Shown here: positions 30,739 to 40,794 of the stretch, in pieces
How the letters are laid out: the number at the start of each line of letters is the position of its first letter
Position numbering within the stretch: position 1 is the first letter of the stretch
Origin: Gemmatimonadales bacterium
GTDB taxonomy: Bacteria; Gemmatimonadota; Gemmatimonadetes; Gemmatimonadales; GWC2-71-9
Direction: 5' to 3'
Length of the DNA stretch: 64,000 nucleotides
NCBI GenBank assembly: GCA_041615815.1
Contig: JBFJCP010000020.1
Span: forward strand, 1 to 64,000
The notes under the pieces: generated by a model
Databases searched by the model: none
Seen by the model: the letters and a program-made list of their open reading frames with translations, nothing else
What the model was told of the DNA's origin: nothing
Position numbers and translations under genes: made by a program

Positions 30739-30960
30739 TTACCCTCCCGTCCGCAGCAGAATGAGCACGGACACCACGAAACCGAGAATCACCATCGTCT
30801 CAGGAATGGCGATCATGAGCACTGCCACGGTGCTCAATTCGGGTTTCTCGGCCATGCTCGCGGCGACCGCCGGCCCGATCTTCGACTGGGCCCACGCCGT
30901 GGCGAGGGCGGGCAAGCCGATGGCGACGGCTGCGGAAAGCGCGATCGAGAGTGCTTCCAT
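30739..30960 (-). CDS. V/A-type ATP synthase proteolipid subunit K/c
   Basis: Two TM helices; AQSKIG, AEKPE, IPET. Confidence 0.93.
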   Translation of the reverse strand: MEALSIALSAAVAIGLPALATAWAQSKIGPAVAASMAEKPELSTVAVLMIAIPETMVILGFVVSVLILLRTGG

Positions 30961-30984
30961 GAGTGCTCCTCTCTGCGGCGGGCC

Positions 30985-32874
30985 TCACGCCCGCTCGTTG
31001 TGTATTCGAGGCGTCCAATGTCGAAGGGGCTCGTACCGAATGCCGCCGGGACTGTAGAACTTCCCGAAGAACTCGACGTATTGAAGACGCAAGGCGTGAA
31101 TGGTGGGGCTGAACACCCCAATGGCGAAGTTCACCAGATGGAACAGCAACGCGAATAACACACCGACGGCGACGCTGCCCAACGCACCGACCATCCGGTT
31201 GGCGACCACCGCCAACATCACGGAGGCGATCCCCACGGCCATGATGCGCGCGTAGGACAGGATGTTACCCAATGTCGAGAGCAGCTCGATGGGTGCCACC
31301 AGCCCTTCGGCGATGATCAGGATCGGGAACGCGACGAGAATTCCCACCACGGCGGGGTTGAAGAACGCCCGCGGGAGGACACCGATGACGGCCAGCAACG
31401 CGAGGATGATCAGCACGATCATGAGCGCCGAGATCCCTCGGCCCACGGCCCGGCGTGGGTGACTCCGGGCAGCGACGACTCCCAACACGAGACCGACGAG
31501 GATGTGCACCCCGCCGAGCGCGACGGCGAGGATCAGAAACGGCACCACCGCTTCTTCGCGATCGAAGGCGAGCGGTCTCAGTCCCATCCGCTCGCCGAGG
31601 TCGCCGAGGAACTCTCCATAGAGAAAACCGGCCAGTACCGTAAACAGCGCGCAGGCACCGGCGATCTCCGCCAGGTTGCGGAGCGTGCTGCCTGCCTTCG
31701 AACGGAGTCTGAGCACGAGCGCCCCGAGACCCAGGACCAGGCCATAGCCGACGTCCCCCAGGATCAGCCCAAAGAACACGGGGAAGAACACTGCCACGAA
31801 CGGCGTGGGATCGATGGTGCCATACTGTGGCAACGGGAACAGTCTGATCAGCGCCTCGAACGGGCGGAACAGTCGAGGATTGTGCAGCACGACCGGTGCT
31901 TCCTCCGCTACCCATTCTTCCCGACCAACTTCCGAGACGACCACTTGACCCTGAAAGCGATCCTCGAGGCGCTGCGTGAACGACGGTCGGGTCCCGGATG
32001 GGAGCCAGCCTTCCACCACGAACGCCCGGCCGGACAGCCCCGACAGCGGAATGGCGGCCAGCTCGGCCAACCGGTCCCGCACGGCGTCTCGCGCATCCAC
32101 CAAATCCGGGCCGTGGGTGCGAGCGAGCTCAGCTCGTCGTTCCGATACGGCACGGAGCGCGTCGGGGATCTCCCCGAGTCTCGCGATCATACGTGGGATC
32201 GCCTCCGCAAGGGAGCTCCCGTACCCGCTGGGAACGGGTATCTCGCGGACGCGCGCTTCCGCCATCAGCGCCTCGACTTTCGGCGCCGAGCTGGCGGAAA
32301 CCAGAACCAGCAATGCCGTTTCGCCCGTGGGAAGTCGTTGCGTGTAGAGTTCGAACTCGTCTCCAATGGCCTCGCCCAAGCTGGTGCGCAGCTTGCCTAG
32401 CGACGCCGCTTCGTCCGCCTTCAAGAGCACGTGGTACGCGGTGGCGTTCGGCCACCGGGACGCGGCCTCGATGAACGAACGAAAAGCCGAGAAGTACCGC
32501 TGATACTTGAGGACGAGCGCGCGTTCTTCTTCGAGTGCTGCCCGTTCCTGCTCCAACCGCTCCGTCGCTCGACGCATGCGACGACCGAGGCGCGCCCAGC
32601 GCGCGTAATCTCCCACGGTCGGGGGCGGCCGCTCCCGCCGCCTGGTCGGTCGCTGACGCGGAAGCCCTTCCAGCGCAGTCTCCACGTCCTCCAGCACATG
32701 CCGGAGGTGGCGGCGTTGGCGTGCGAGCCGTGGGGTGAGCACGGCGGGCGCGAGGGGTTCGTCGGTGGGTGGAGCCGCCAGGTGGAGAACGCCCAGGTCT
32801 TGAACCACGCGAAGCACATCCACTAGGACGTCACGCGGTCCCAGAATGCGGACCCGAGACATCTTGGTGATCAC
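30985..32874 (-). CDS. V/A-type ATP synthase subunit I (a)
   Basis: P.YGTIDPT, GDVGYG, NILSYARI, HALRLQYVEFF. Confidence 0.96.
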   Translation of the reverse strand: MITKMSRVRILGPRDVLVDVLRVVQDLGVLHLAAPPTDEPLAPAVLTPRLARQRRHLRHVLEDVETALEGLPRQRPTRRRERPPPTVGDYARWARLGRRMRRATERLEQERAALEEERALVLKYQRYFSAFRSFIEAASRWPNATAYHVLLKADEAASLGKLRTSLGEAIGDEFELYTQRLPTGETALLVLVSASSAPKVEALMAEARVREIPVPSGYGSSLAEAIPRMIARLGEIPDALRAVSERRAELARTHGPDLVDARDAVRDRLAELAAIPLSGLSGRAFVVEGWLPSGTRPSFTQRLEDRFQGQVVVSEVGREEWVAEEAPVVLHNPRLFRPFEALIRLFPLPQYGTIDPTPFVAVFFPVFFGLILGDVGYGLVLGLGALVLRLRSKAGSTLRNLAEIAGACALFTVLAGFLYGEFLGDLGERMGLRPLAFDREEAVVPFLILAVALGGVHILVGLVLGVVAARSHPRRAVGRGISALMIVLIILALLAVIGVLPRAFFNPAVVGILVAFPILIIAEGLVAPIELLSTLGNILSYARIMAVGIASVMLAVVANRMVGALGSVAVGVLFALLFHLVNFAIGVFSPTIHALRLQYVEFFGKFYSPGGIRYEPLRHWTPRIHNERA

Positions 32875-33233
32875 GGCTCCGCTCCGGCCGCCAGGAGTCG
32901 ATCGAGCACGATCTCGCTCCACTCACGGATTCGCGCGTCTGCCACCGCGTGGAACGCGCGAACCTGCCGCGTAGCATCCTTCGTGATCGACTCGAGCTCG
33001 CGATCCCGCTCGGCCTGGATCGTCGCGCGGAGCCGGTGTGCCGCAGCCTCACATTCGTGCGTCGCCGCGGCTTCGGCCTGCTCCCCATCACGACGCGCAG
33101 CCTCCACCAGGCGCTCCGCTTCCGCACGTGTCTCCTGCCGGGCCGCGTCGAGAAGACGCTCGGCGGCAATCAGGCGGGCGAGATCGCTCTCCACCACCTG
33201 TGGTTCCGTCCGCGCTGCCTTTTTGCTGCGCAC
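32871..33233 (-). CDS. V/A-type ATP synthase subunit G/H-like peripheral stalk
   Basis: Ala/Glu/Arg-rich coiled coil; first gene of the operon. Confidence 0.7.
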   Translation of the reverse strand: MRSKKAARTEPQVVESDLARLIAAERLLDAARQETRAEAERLVEAARRDGEQAEAAATHECEAAAHRLRATIQAERDRELESITKDATRQVRAFHAVADARIREWSEIVLDRLLAAGAEP

Positions 33234-33466
33234 CTCGAAGCCCCCAAGAAACCGTGTGGCTGCGGTGGAAGCGGCCCTCCGACGAGGCGGCCACGACCCA
33301 TCCAAGCCACCACCAACGGCGAACATAGGGGCCGAACCGTTAACCGACCTTGTAACAGCGAATTAATGCTTTCTTAAAGTTCGCCCGCCTACGATGCCCT
33401 CACGTTCATAAATCCGAGCCGTTCCCCCGCCAGGCGGCCCGCGTCTTCGGACCCGGGAGGCTCCTT

Positions 33467-34612
33467 ATGTATCTGCCGTCGTCGCATCCATGGGCTCCGG
33501 GCGAGACCTTGAGCCAGCATCTCGACCAGCGGGGTGTGAAACGGCGCGACTTCCTCGCCTTCTGTGCGGAATTCACCGCGATCCTCGGCCTCAGCACCAC
33601 GTTGACTCCCAAGGTGGCCCACGCACTTGCGCAGCTGAAACGCCCCAGTGTGATCTGGGTGCAACTGCAGGAGTGCACGGGATGTGTCGAGAGCGTACTC
33701 AGGACTGCGGAGCCCACCGTTGGCGATCTCGTGCTCGATCTCGTCTCGCTGGATTACAGCCACACCATCATGGCGGCCGCCGGGGATGCCGCCGAGCAAG
33801 CACTCCATCAGGCCATGGAGGCAAACAGCGGTCAATACGTCCTGGTGGTGACCGGATCAGTCCCACTGGCTGACGATGGGATCTATTGCACCATCGGTGG
33901 TCGGACCGCCAAGACCGTGCTCGAGGAAGCGGCGGCGGGAGCGGCGGCAGTGATTGCGGTGGGCGCCTGCGCGCATTGGGGCAGCGTCCAGGCGGCGCGT
34001 CCCAACCCTACTGGGGCCGTAGGCGTCTCCGAGATCGTTCGGGACAAGCCGGTGGTCAACATCGCGGGTTGCCCCCCCATTGGCGACGTCGTCACGGCGA
34101 CCATCGTGCACCTCCTCACGTTTGGCCGCGTGCCGGCACTCGACGCGGACGGCCGGCCCCTCTTTGCCTATGGAGCCCGCATCCACGACCAGTGCCCTCG
34201 CCGGGCGCACTTCGATGCTGGGCAGTACGTCGAGGCGTTCGACGATGATTCTGCACGGCGGGGGTGGTGTCTCTACCGTGTGGGATGTAAGGGACCGGCC
34301 ACCTTCTCGCCCTGTCCCATCTTTCAGTGGAATACACGTACCAACTGGCCCATCGGAGCCGGCCATCCCTGCATCGGCTGCACCGAGCGGAATTTTTGGG
34401 ACACGATGACGCCGTTTTACGGTCGGCTTCCCGACGTGGCGGGCTTTGGGATCGAGCGTCGCGTGGACACCATCGGCGCCGCACTCGCCGTCGGCGCCAC
34501 GGCTGGCGTCGCGGCTCACGCGATCGCCACCGGCGTCCATCGGATGCGACAGCGCCGTGCGTTGGCGGTCGTGGAATCCCCTTCACAGGGGAAGGAGGTG
34601 GACCGTGGCTAG
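33467..34612 (+). CDS. Group 1 [NiFe]-hydrogenase small subunit
   Basis: Tat motif RRDFL, ECTGC, GCPP, HDQC, CLYRVGCKGP, GHPCIGC, C-terminal TM anchor. Confidence 0.96.
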   Translation: MYLPSSHPWAPGETLSQHLDQRGVKRRDFLAFCAEFTAILGLSTTLTPKVAHALAQLKRPSVIWVQLQECTGCVESVLRTAEPTVGDLVLDLVSLDYSHTIMAAAGDAAEQALHQAMEANSGQYVLVVTGSVPLADDGIYCTIGGRTAKTVLEEAAAGAAAVIAVGACAHWGSVQAARPNPTGAVGVSEIVRDKPVVNIAGCPPIGDVVTATIVHLLTFGRVPALDADGRPLFAYGARIHDQCPRRAHFDAGQYVEAFDDDSARRGWCLYRVGCKGPATFSPCPIFQWNTRTNWPIGAGHPCIGCTERNFWDTMTPFYGRLPDVAGFGIERRVDTIGAALAVGATAGVAAHAIATGVHRMRQRRALAVVESPSQGKEVDRG

Positions 34613-36320
34613 GACCAAAGTCGTCGTCGATCCCATCACGCGCATCGAGGGCCACCTTCGGATCGAGGTGCAGGCGGAGAACGGCCGGATCGCGGACGCC
34701 TGGGCGTCATCCACGCAGTTTCGGGGCATCGAGATCATCATGCAGGGAAGGGATCCACGGGACGCGTGGGCGTTCACGCAGCGCATTTGCGGGGTGTGCA
34801 CGGTCGTCCACGCCGTCGCCTCGTGTCGCGCCGTCGAGGATGCCTTGGACATTCGCATTCCCACGAATGCCAACCTCATCCGGAATCTCATCCACGGCAT
34901 GCAGTTCATTCAGGACCACGTGATCCACTTCTACCATCTGCATGCCCTCGACTGGGTGGACGTCGTGAGCGCGCTGGACGCGGATCCCAACGGAACCGCC
35001 CGAATTGCACGGACGATCTCGCCCTGGCCCAACAACTCGGGAACGTATTTCAAGGAAGTCCAGGATCGTCTGAAGACATTTGTTGCCAGCGGTCAGTTGG
35101 GAATTTTCACCAACGGGTATTGGGGGCACCCGGCATATCGGTTGCCGGCCGAGGTGAACTTGCTGGCCGTCGCGCACTATCTCGAGGCGCTCGACTGGCA
35201 ACGCGACGTCATCCGGCTCCACACGATCTTCGGTGGGAAGAACCCCCACCCGAATTTCTTGGTCGGCGGGATGGCTTCCGCCATCAATCTGGACGACACC
35301 GCCACGATCAACGCCGAGCGTCTGACGGACATTCACGACATGATCAAGCGGGCGCGGCGCTTCGTGGAGCAGGTGTACTGGCCGGACCTGCTGGCCATTG
35401 CGGGATTCTACAAAGAGTGGGGCGCCATTGGTGGTGGGGTCGGCAACTACCTCGCCTGCGGTGAGTTTCCCGAAACCGACGTCCGCGATACCGACTCGCT
35501 GTACTTCCCGCACGGTGCTGTCATCGGAAAGAACTTGAACGAGGTGTTCCCCTTCGACCAAGAGAAGGTCAAGGAGTATGTGACGCACTCGTGGTACGAG
35601 TACTCAGGGGGCAACGACGTTGGGCTCCATCCGTGGGAGGGTGAGACCAAGGCCCGGTATACCGGCCCCCAGCCCCCCTGGCAGTATCTGCAGGATCACG
35701 ATGAGTACACGTGGATGAAGGCCCCGCGGTACGAGGAGCGACCCATGGAGGTGGGACCGCTCGCGCGCATGCTCGTCGCCTACGCGTCGGGTCACGATGA
35801 CGTGCGAGAGCTCGTGGGCGAAGTTCTCAATCGCCTGAACGTGGGGCCCTCGGCACTGTTCTCCACCCTGGGTCGCACCGCGGCGCGTGGCATCGAGACG
35901 GCGCTGCTCGCTCACAAGATGCAGGCGTGGTACGACGCCCTCGTCGCACGGATCAAGGGCGGAGACGTGGCGACGTTTACGCGGGAACGGTGGGATCCAG
36001 AAACCTGGCCGGCACAGGCCCAGGGTTTTGGATACCTCGACGCCCCGCGGGGGTTCCTGGGCCACTGGGTGCAGATCCAGGACGAGAAGATCGCTCGTTA
36101 CCAGTGCGTCGTTCCCTCCACGTGGAACTGCTCACCGCGGGATGCGCAGGGCAAGATGGGACCATACGAGGCATCGCTCGTGGACAACCACCCGCTGGCG
36201 GATCCCGAGCGTCCCATCGAGATCTTGCGCACGATCCACTCATTCGATCCGTGCATGGCGTGCGGGGTGCACGTGCTCGACGCCGAAGGCAATCCCGTCA
36301 CGGAGGTGAAGGTCCAGTGA
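34605..36320 (+). CDS. Group 1 [NiFe]-hydrogenase large subunit
   Basis: DPITRIEGH, L1 QRICGVC, L2 DPCMACGVH with a cleavable C-terminal extension. Confidence 0.97.
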   Translation: MARTKVVVDPITRIEGHLRIEVQAENGRIADAWASSTQFRGIEIIMQGRDPRDAWAFTQRICGVCTVVHAVASCRAVEDALDIRIPTNANLIRNLIHGMQFIQDHVIHFYHLHALDWVDVVSALDADPNGTARIARTISPWPNNSGTYFKEVQDRLKTFVASGQLGIFTNGYWGHPAYRLPAEVNLLAVAHYLEALDWQRDVIRLHTIFGGKNPHPNFLVGGMASAINLDDTATINAERLTDIHDMIKRARRFVEQVYWPDLLAIAGFYKEWGAIGGGVGNYLACGEFPETDVRDTDSLYFPHGAVIGKNLNEVFPFDQEKVKEYVTHSWYEYSGGNDVGLHPWEGETKARYTGPQPPWQYLQDHDEYTWMKAPRYEERPMEVGPLARMLVAYASGHDDVRELVGEVLNRLNVGPSALFSTLGRTAARGIETALLAHKMQAWYDALVARIKGGDVATFTRERWDPETWPAQAQGFGYLDAPRGFLGHWVQIQDEKIARYQCVVPSTWNCSPRDAQGKMGPYEASLVDNHPLADPERPIEILRTIHSFDPCMACGVHVLDAEGNPVTEVKVQ

Positions 36321-37054
36321 CGACGCCAACGCAACCTCGCACCAGAGAGCCCGCGCACGTGACCGATACGGCTCAAGGCACATATCGCTGGGTGTATCTC
36401 TGGCATTGGCCAATCCGCGCGATGCACTGGGCAGCAGCTGGTAGCATCCTCGTACTCGTGGTCACTGGGCTGTATATCGCCAACCCGTATTTCATGACTG
36501 GTAACGAGGGAGTACCGCGCTTCGCAATGGGATGGATGCGGTTTCTCCATTTCGTAGCCGCCGCTGTGCTGGTCGCGACCGGAATCGTCCGCGTGTACTG
36601 GCTCTTCGCCGGTAACAAGTTCGAGCGTTTCGCTGCCCTTTTTCCTGTTCGGACTCGAGACTGGGTGAATCTCGTGAAGACGGTGAAGAAGTACCTGATG
36701 ATCCGCCCGGCAAAAGGTCCGCACTATCTCGGTCACAACCCACTGGCGCAGCTCAGCTACACCGCTGTCTATGCGGTCACGCTGATCCAGGTCGTCACCG
36801 GATTCGCCATGTATGGTCTCGCGAATCCCGGGGGCTTCTTCAATACGACCTTCGGCTGGGTGATACCGCTGTTGGGCGGCGTGCAGGTGGTCCACTTCGT
36901 CCACCATGCGCTGCTGTGGGTGTTCCTGATCTTCATCCCGATCCATCTGTATCTCGGTGTCCGCTCGGACGTCATGGAACGCGAGGGCATGATGTCCTCG
37001 ATCTTCAGCGGCGGGCGCTTTGTCCGGTCGGACGCGGAATACGTCGATGATTAG
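36317..37054 (+). CDS. Ni/Fe-hydrogenase b-type cytochrome subunit
   Basis: R.MHW, RFLHF, GHNPLAQ, HH...W, IHLY. Confidence 0.93.
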   Translation: MTTPTQPRTREPAHVTDTAQGTYRWVYLWHWPIRAMHWAAAGSILVLVVTGLYIANPYFMTGNEGVPRFAMGWMRFLHFVAAAVLVATGIVRVYWLFAGNKFERFAALFPVRTRDWVNLVKTVKKYLMIRPAKGPHYLGHNPLAQLSYTAVYAVTLIQVVTGFAMYGLANPGGFFNTTFGWVIPLLGGVQVVHFVHHALLWVFLIFIPIHLYLGVRSDVMEREGMMSSIFSGGRFVRSDAEYVDD

Positions 37055-37562
37055 ACCGCGCGGCACACCGGGCGCGCTCGTGATCGGGCTCGGCAACCCT
37101 CTGATGGGTGACGATGGCCTTGGGATCGCGGCCCTCGAGTTGCTCCGGGCCCGTTGGACGTTCGAGCCCGCGGTGGAGCTGGTGGACGGGGGAACGTGGG
37201 GGATGAACCTCCTGCCCCTCATCGAAACTGCATCCCGGGTCCTATTCCTCGACGCGATCAACCTCTCGGTTGCGCCCGGGCAGTTGCTGATCGTGGAGGG
37301 GGATCAGCTCCCGCGTGCACTCGCCACCAAGCTCTCGCCACATCAGATCGATCTTCGGGAGGTCCTGGCGGTGGCCGAGCTTCGGGGCACGCTCCCCGCC
37401 GAATTCGTGGTGCTGGGACTGCAGCCCGAGACCATCGAGCTGCACGACGGATTGAGCCAGCCGTTACGCGACAATCTCTCCGCCCTGCTCACCGCCACGC
37501 GTGCCCGCCTGAGTGGCTGGGGACACACTGCCCATCGGAGGGATGCCTCGGTTTATGCATGA
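37047..37562 (+). CDS. Hydrogenase maturation protease (HyaD/HybD family)
   Basis: GLGNPLMGDDGLG, DGGT, DA, SPHQ. Confidence 0.93.
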   Translation: MIRPRGTPGALVIGLGNPLMGDDGLGIAALELLRARWTFEPAVELVDGGTWGMNLLPLIETASRVLFLDAINLSVAPGQLLIVEGDQLPRALATKLSPHQIDLREVLAVAELRGTLPAEFVVLGLQPETIELHDGLSQPLRDNLSALLTATRARLSGWGHTAHRRDASVYA

Positions 37563-37815
37563 AATGAGCATCGCCCTCGAGGTCTGTCGCATGGCAGAAC
37601 AGCATGTCGGCGCCGACCAAGTTCCCCACGTTGTGGAGGTCGGCCTCGAAGTGGGTCATGAAGCCAACGTCGAGATCCACGCGCTGCAGTTCTGCCTCGA
37701 GGCGGCCCTCCAGACACCGCCCTTCACAGGGGCGCTTCCCGTGATCACCCAACGGCCCGGTGACGTGCTGCGCCTGGCCTATCTGGAGGTCGATGATGGC
37801 GATCCGAACCATTGA
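37555..37815 (+). CDS. hypA: HypA-like Ni chaperone lacking the Zn finger
   Basis: MHEMSIA N-terminus, ALQFC, C-terminal LRL..LEV; no CxxC pairs. Confidence 0.8.
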   Translation: MHEMSIALEVCRMAEQHVGADQVPHVVEVGLEVGHEANVEIHALQFCLEAALQTPPFTGALPVITQRPGDVLRLAYLEVDDGDPNH

Positions 37816-38467
37816 GGTGCGCGAGCGGGTCATGGCGAAGAACGACGAGCTCGCGGCTGCTGTTCGTGCCCGGCTCGCCAAGCACGGAGTCCTGGCGTTC
37901 AATCTCGTATCCTCACCGGGGGCTGGGAAGACGCTCTTGCTCGAGCGTACACTCGAGCGTCTCGGGACCACGGCGCGCATCGCCGTGATCACCGGCGACG
38001 TCCAGACTCACAACGACGCCGATCGGCTGGCACGGCGTACCGAGCGGCTGGTGCAGGCGGTGGTCACCGGCGGTGCCTGTCACCTCGATGCCCGCCAGGT
38101 GCTCACGGCGTTGGACGCTATTGATCTCGAGGACACCGATCTCGTGTTCGTCGAAAACGTGGGAAACCTGGTTTGCCCCGCGAGCTGGGACTTGGGGGAA
38201 ACGGCCAAAGTCGTGATCTTTTCGGTGACCGAGGGCGAGGACAAGCCACTCAAGTATCCCAAGATGTTCCAGCAGTCCGCGTACGCCCTCCTGAACAAGA
38301 TCGATCTCCTCCCCCACGTCCCGTTCGACGTGGATCGTGCTCTGGCATTCGCCCGTGAAATCAACCCCTCACTTCGCTTCTTCCGCACATCGGGATTGAC
38401 GGGTGAAGGCATTGATGCATGGTGCGCGTTCCTCTCGAATCAGACTAGGCCCATGGTGGCATCATGA
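37793..38467 (+). CDS. hypB: Hydrogenase Ni incorporation GTPase
   Basis: SSPGAGKT, GGACHLDA, ENVGNLVCP, GEDKPLKYP, NKID. Confidence 0.96.
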   Translation: MMAIRTIEVRERVMAKNDELAAAVRARLAKHGVLAFNLVSSPGAGKTLLLERTLERLGTTARIAVITGDVQTHNDADRLARRTERLVQAVVTGGACHLDARQVLTALDAIDLEDTDLVFVENVGNLVCPASWDLGETAKVVIFSVTEGEDKPLKYPKMFQQSAYALLNKIDLLPHVPFDVDRALAFAREINPSLRFFRTSGLTGEGIDAWCAFLSNQTRPMVAS

Positions 38468-40794
38468 CGACGTTCGCCAACCTCGATGAGATCATGATCA
38501 TGGGCGCGGATTGCGCGGCGCTTCGCGTGCATGTCCGTGGCGTCGTGCAAGGCGTCGGGTTTCGCCCATACGTTCACCGATTGGCCAATCGACACGCGGT
38601 GGGGGGATGGGTCAGAAACGAATCGGGCGAAGTGCAGCTTGCCATTCAGGGCGCGCCGGAGGCGTTGCTCGCATTCCTCCTCGATCTCCCCGCCGAGGCA
38701 CCGCCGTTGGCGCGGATCGATTCCATGGAGATCGAGACTGATAGCGTCACCGATACGGCATCGTTCAGCATCCTGACGTCGGCCGAGCGACCGGATGCGC
38801 GTCAGCCGGTCTCTCCGGACGTCGCCATGTGCCCAGCGTGCGAGAAGGAGTTGTCCGACCCGGAGGATCGCCGCTACCGCTACCCATTCATCACCTGTAC
38901 CGATTGCGGGCCGCGCTATACCGTCATCGAGAGCATGCCATACGACCGGGTGCGCACGAGCATGCGGGCATTTCCGCAGTGCGACGCGTGCGCGCGCGAG
39001 TACCACGACCCCGACGACCGCCGTTATCACTCGGAAACCAATAGCTGTTGGGCTTGTGGCCCCCGGGTGCACCTCGTCACTGCGGGCTCGCACGAGCCCG
39101 TGGCGTGCGATGGCGGGGCACTCGAGTCCGCGGCACGTCTCCTCCGACTCGGTCTCATCGTCGCCATACGTGGTCTCGGCGGTTTCCATCTCGCGGTGGA
39201 CGCCACGAGCGAGGCCGCGGTGGCTCGCTTGCGCCACCGCAAGCGCCGGGACGCGAAACCACTGGCCGTGATGGTGCGCACCGTGAGCGACGCACGCGCC
39301 ATCGCCAAGGTGGGTCCGGCGGAGGCCTCGCTCCTCACGTCCCGGGAGCGCCCCATCGTCCTCCTCCCCCGCAAGCAGGGGAGCGGTCTCGCCCCCGCGG
39401 TGGCGCCGGGCCTGAGTGCCGTCGGCGTGATGACTGCGTACACCCCTTTGCACCATCGACTCGCTGAGCTCGTTGACCGGCCCCTCGTCATGACCAGCGG
39501 CAATCTCTGCGAGGAACCCATTGCCATCGCGAACGACGATGCGGCGGCGCGGCTCGGGAACGTGGCAGATGCTTTTCTGCTGCACGATCGGGAGATCGTC
39601 TCCCGCTATGACGACTCGGTGGTCCGGGTGGTGGACGACGCACCGGTATTCCTCCGACGGGCCCGAGGATTTGCGCCGTTACCCGTTCCGTTGCCGGTGG
39701 CAACACCGCTCCCCCTGATAGCCGTGGGACCGCACCTCAAGAACACGTTCACGCTGGCACAGGGACGCGACGCTTACGTCAGTCAACATGTCGGGGACCT
39801 CGAGAACCTGGAGACACTAGAACACTTCCGGGATACACTCGATCGGTATCGACGGCTCTTTCGGATCGATCCCCGCGTCGCCGTGCGGGATCTTCATCCG
39901 GGATATCTCTCCACGAGCATCGCCCAGGAGCTAGGGCTCGAGCGAGTCATCGCCGTGCAGCATCACCACGCGCACCTCGCAGCCGTCGCGGCCGAGCACG
40001 GCGTGCGCGAATCCGTGGTGGGCGTGACGTATGACGGCACGGGATACGGGACCGACGGCTGTGTCTGGGGCGGGGAGATCCTCGTCGGGAATCTCGAGTC
40101 GTTTCACCGAGCGGCGCATCTTCGCTACGCCCCCCTGCCGGGTGGGGACGTCGCAGCCCGTCGCCCGTGGCGCGCGGCCCTCGGGTATCTCTCGCTCCAA
40201 CCCGACGCATGGCCGGCATTTGCCCGAGCCTTCGACCGGGTGGCGTTGGCCGAGCGGAGCTTGGCACAGCAACAACTCGAGGTCGGGTTGAACACGCCCA
40301 AGGCCTCGTCGATGGGCCGCCTCTTCGATGCGGCCGCTGCCGTCTTGGGCGTACGGTGCGTGAGCCGTTACGAAGGACAAGCGGCTATGGAGCTGGAAGC
40401 CCTCGCGGGCGAGCGGGCGGCCAAGCCGCTCCCCTTCCCCATCGTGCAGCTCGAGGACGGAAGCATCCAACTCGATCCGGTCCCACTGCTGATCGCGCTC
40501 GGTGAGCGACGCGCCCGCGGTGAAGACCTGCATCTGCTGGCAGCACGCTTCCACGAGAGCATTGCGGCAGCAACAGCCGACGTCGTCATGCAGATCGGGT
40601 ACCCCAAGGGATATCGCAGCGTCGTCCTCGGCGGGGGCGTATTCCAAAACGCACGGTTGCTACGGTCCACGCGGCGCCGCCTCACCGATCGGGGCTTTCG
40701 TACGATGGTCCCCGTCCAGCTCAGTCCCAATGACGGTGCTATTAGCTATGGACAGGCCGCCGTGGCGGCCGCGCTCTTGGAACGCGAACGATGA
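38464..40794 (+). CDS. hypF: Carbamoyltransferase
   Basis: GVVQGVGFRP, Zn fingers, QHHHAH, DGTGYG, SSMGRLFD. Confidence 0.97.
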   Translation: MTTFANLDEIMIMGADCAALRVHVRGVVQGVGFRPYVHRLANRHAVGGWVRNESGEVQLAIQGAPEALLAFLLDLPAEAPPLARIDSMEIETDSVTDTASFSILTSAERPDARQPVSPDVAMCPACEKELSDPEDRRYRYPFITCTDCGPRYTVIESMPYDRVRTSMRAFPQCDACAREYHDPDDRRYHSETNSCWACGPRVHLVTAGSHEPVACDGGALESAARLLRLGLIVAIRGLGGFHLAVDATSEAAVARLRHRKRRDAKPLAVMVRTVSDARAIAKVGPAEASLLTSRERPIVLLPRKQGSGLAPAVAPGLSAVGVMTAYTPLHHRLAELVDRPLVMTSGNLCEEPIAIANDDAAARLGNVADAFLLHDREIVSRYDDSVVRVVDDAPVFLRRARGFAPLPVPLPVATPLPLIAVGPHLKNTFTLAQGRDAYVSQHVGDLENLETLEHFRDTLDRYRRLFRIDPRVAVRDLHPGYLSTSIAQELGLERVIAVQHHHAHLAAVAAEHGVRESVVGVTYDGTGYGTDGCVWGGEILVGNLESFHRAAHLRYAPLPGGDVAARRPWRAALGYLSLQPDAWPAFARAFDRVALAERSLAQQQLEVGLNTPKASSMGRLFDAAAAVLGVRCVSRYEGQAAMELEALAGERAAKPLPFPIVQLEDGSIQLDPVPLLIALGERRARGEDLHLLAARFHESIAAATADVVMQIGYPKGYRSVVLGGGVFQNARLLRSTRRRLTDRGFRTMVPVQLSPNDGAISYGQAAVAAALLERER

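Noticed and set aside
33335..33380. Rex or FNR box in the ATPase/hydrogenase intergenic region
   Set aside because: AT-rich, but a poor match to TTGTGAA-N4-TTCACAA and TTGAT-N4-ATCAA
36240..36275. [NiFeSe] hydrogenase
   Set aside because: The L2 motif is DPCMAC with ordinary Cys codons and no in-frame TGA
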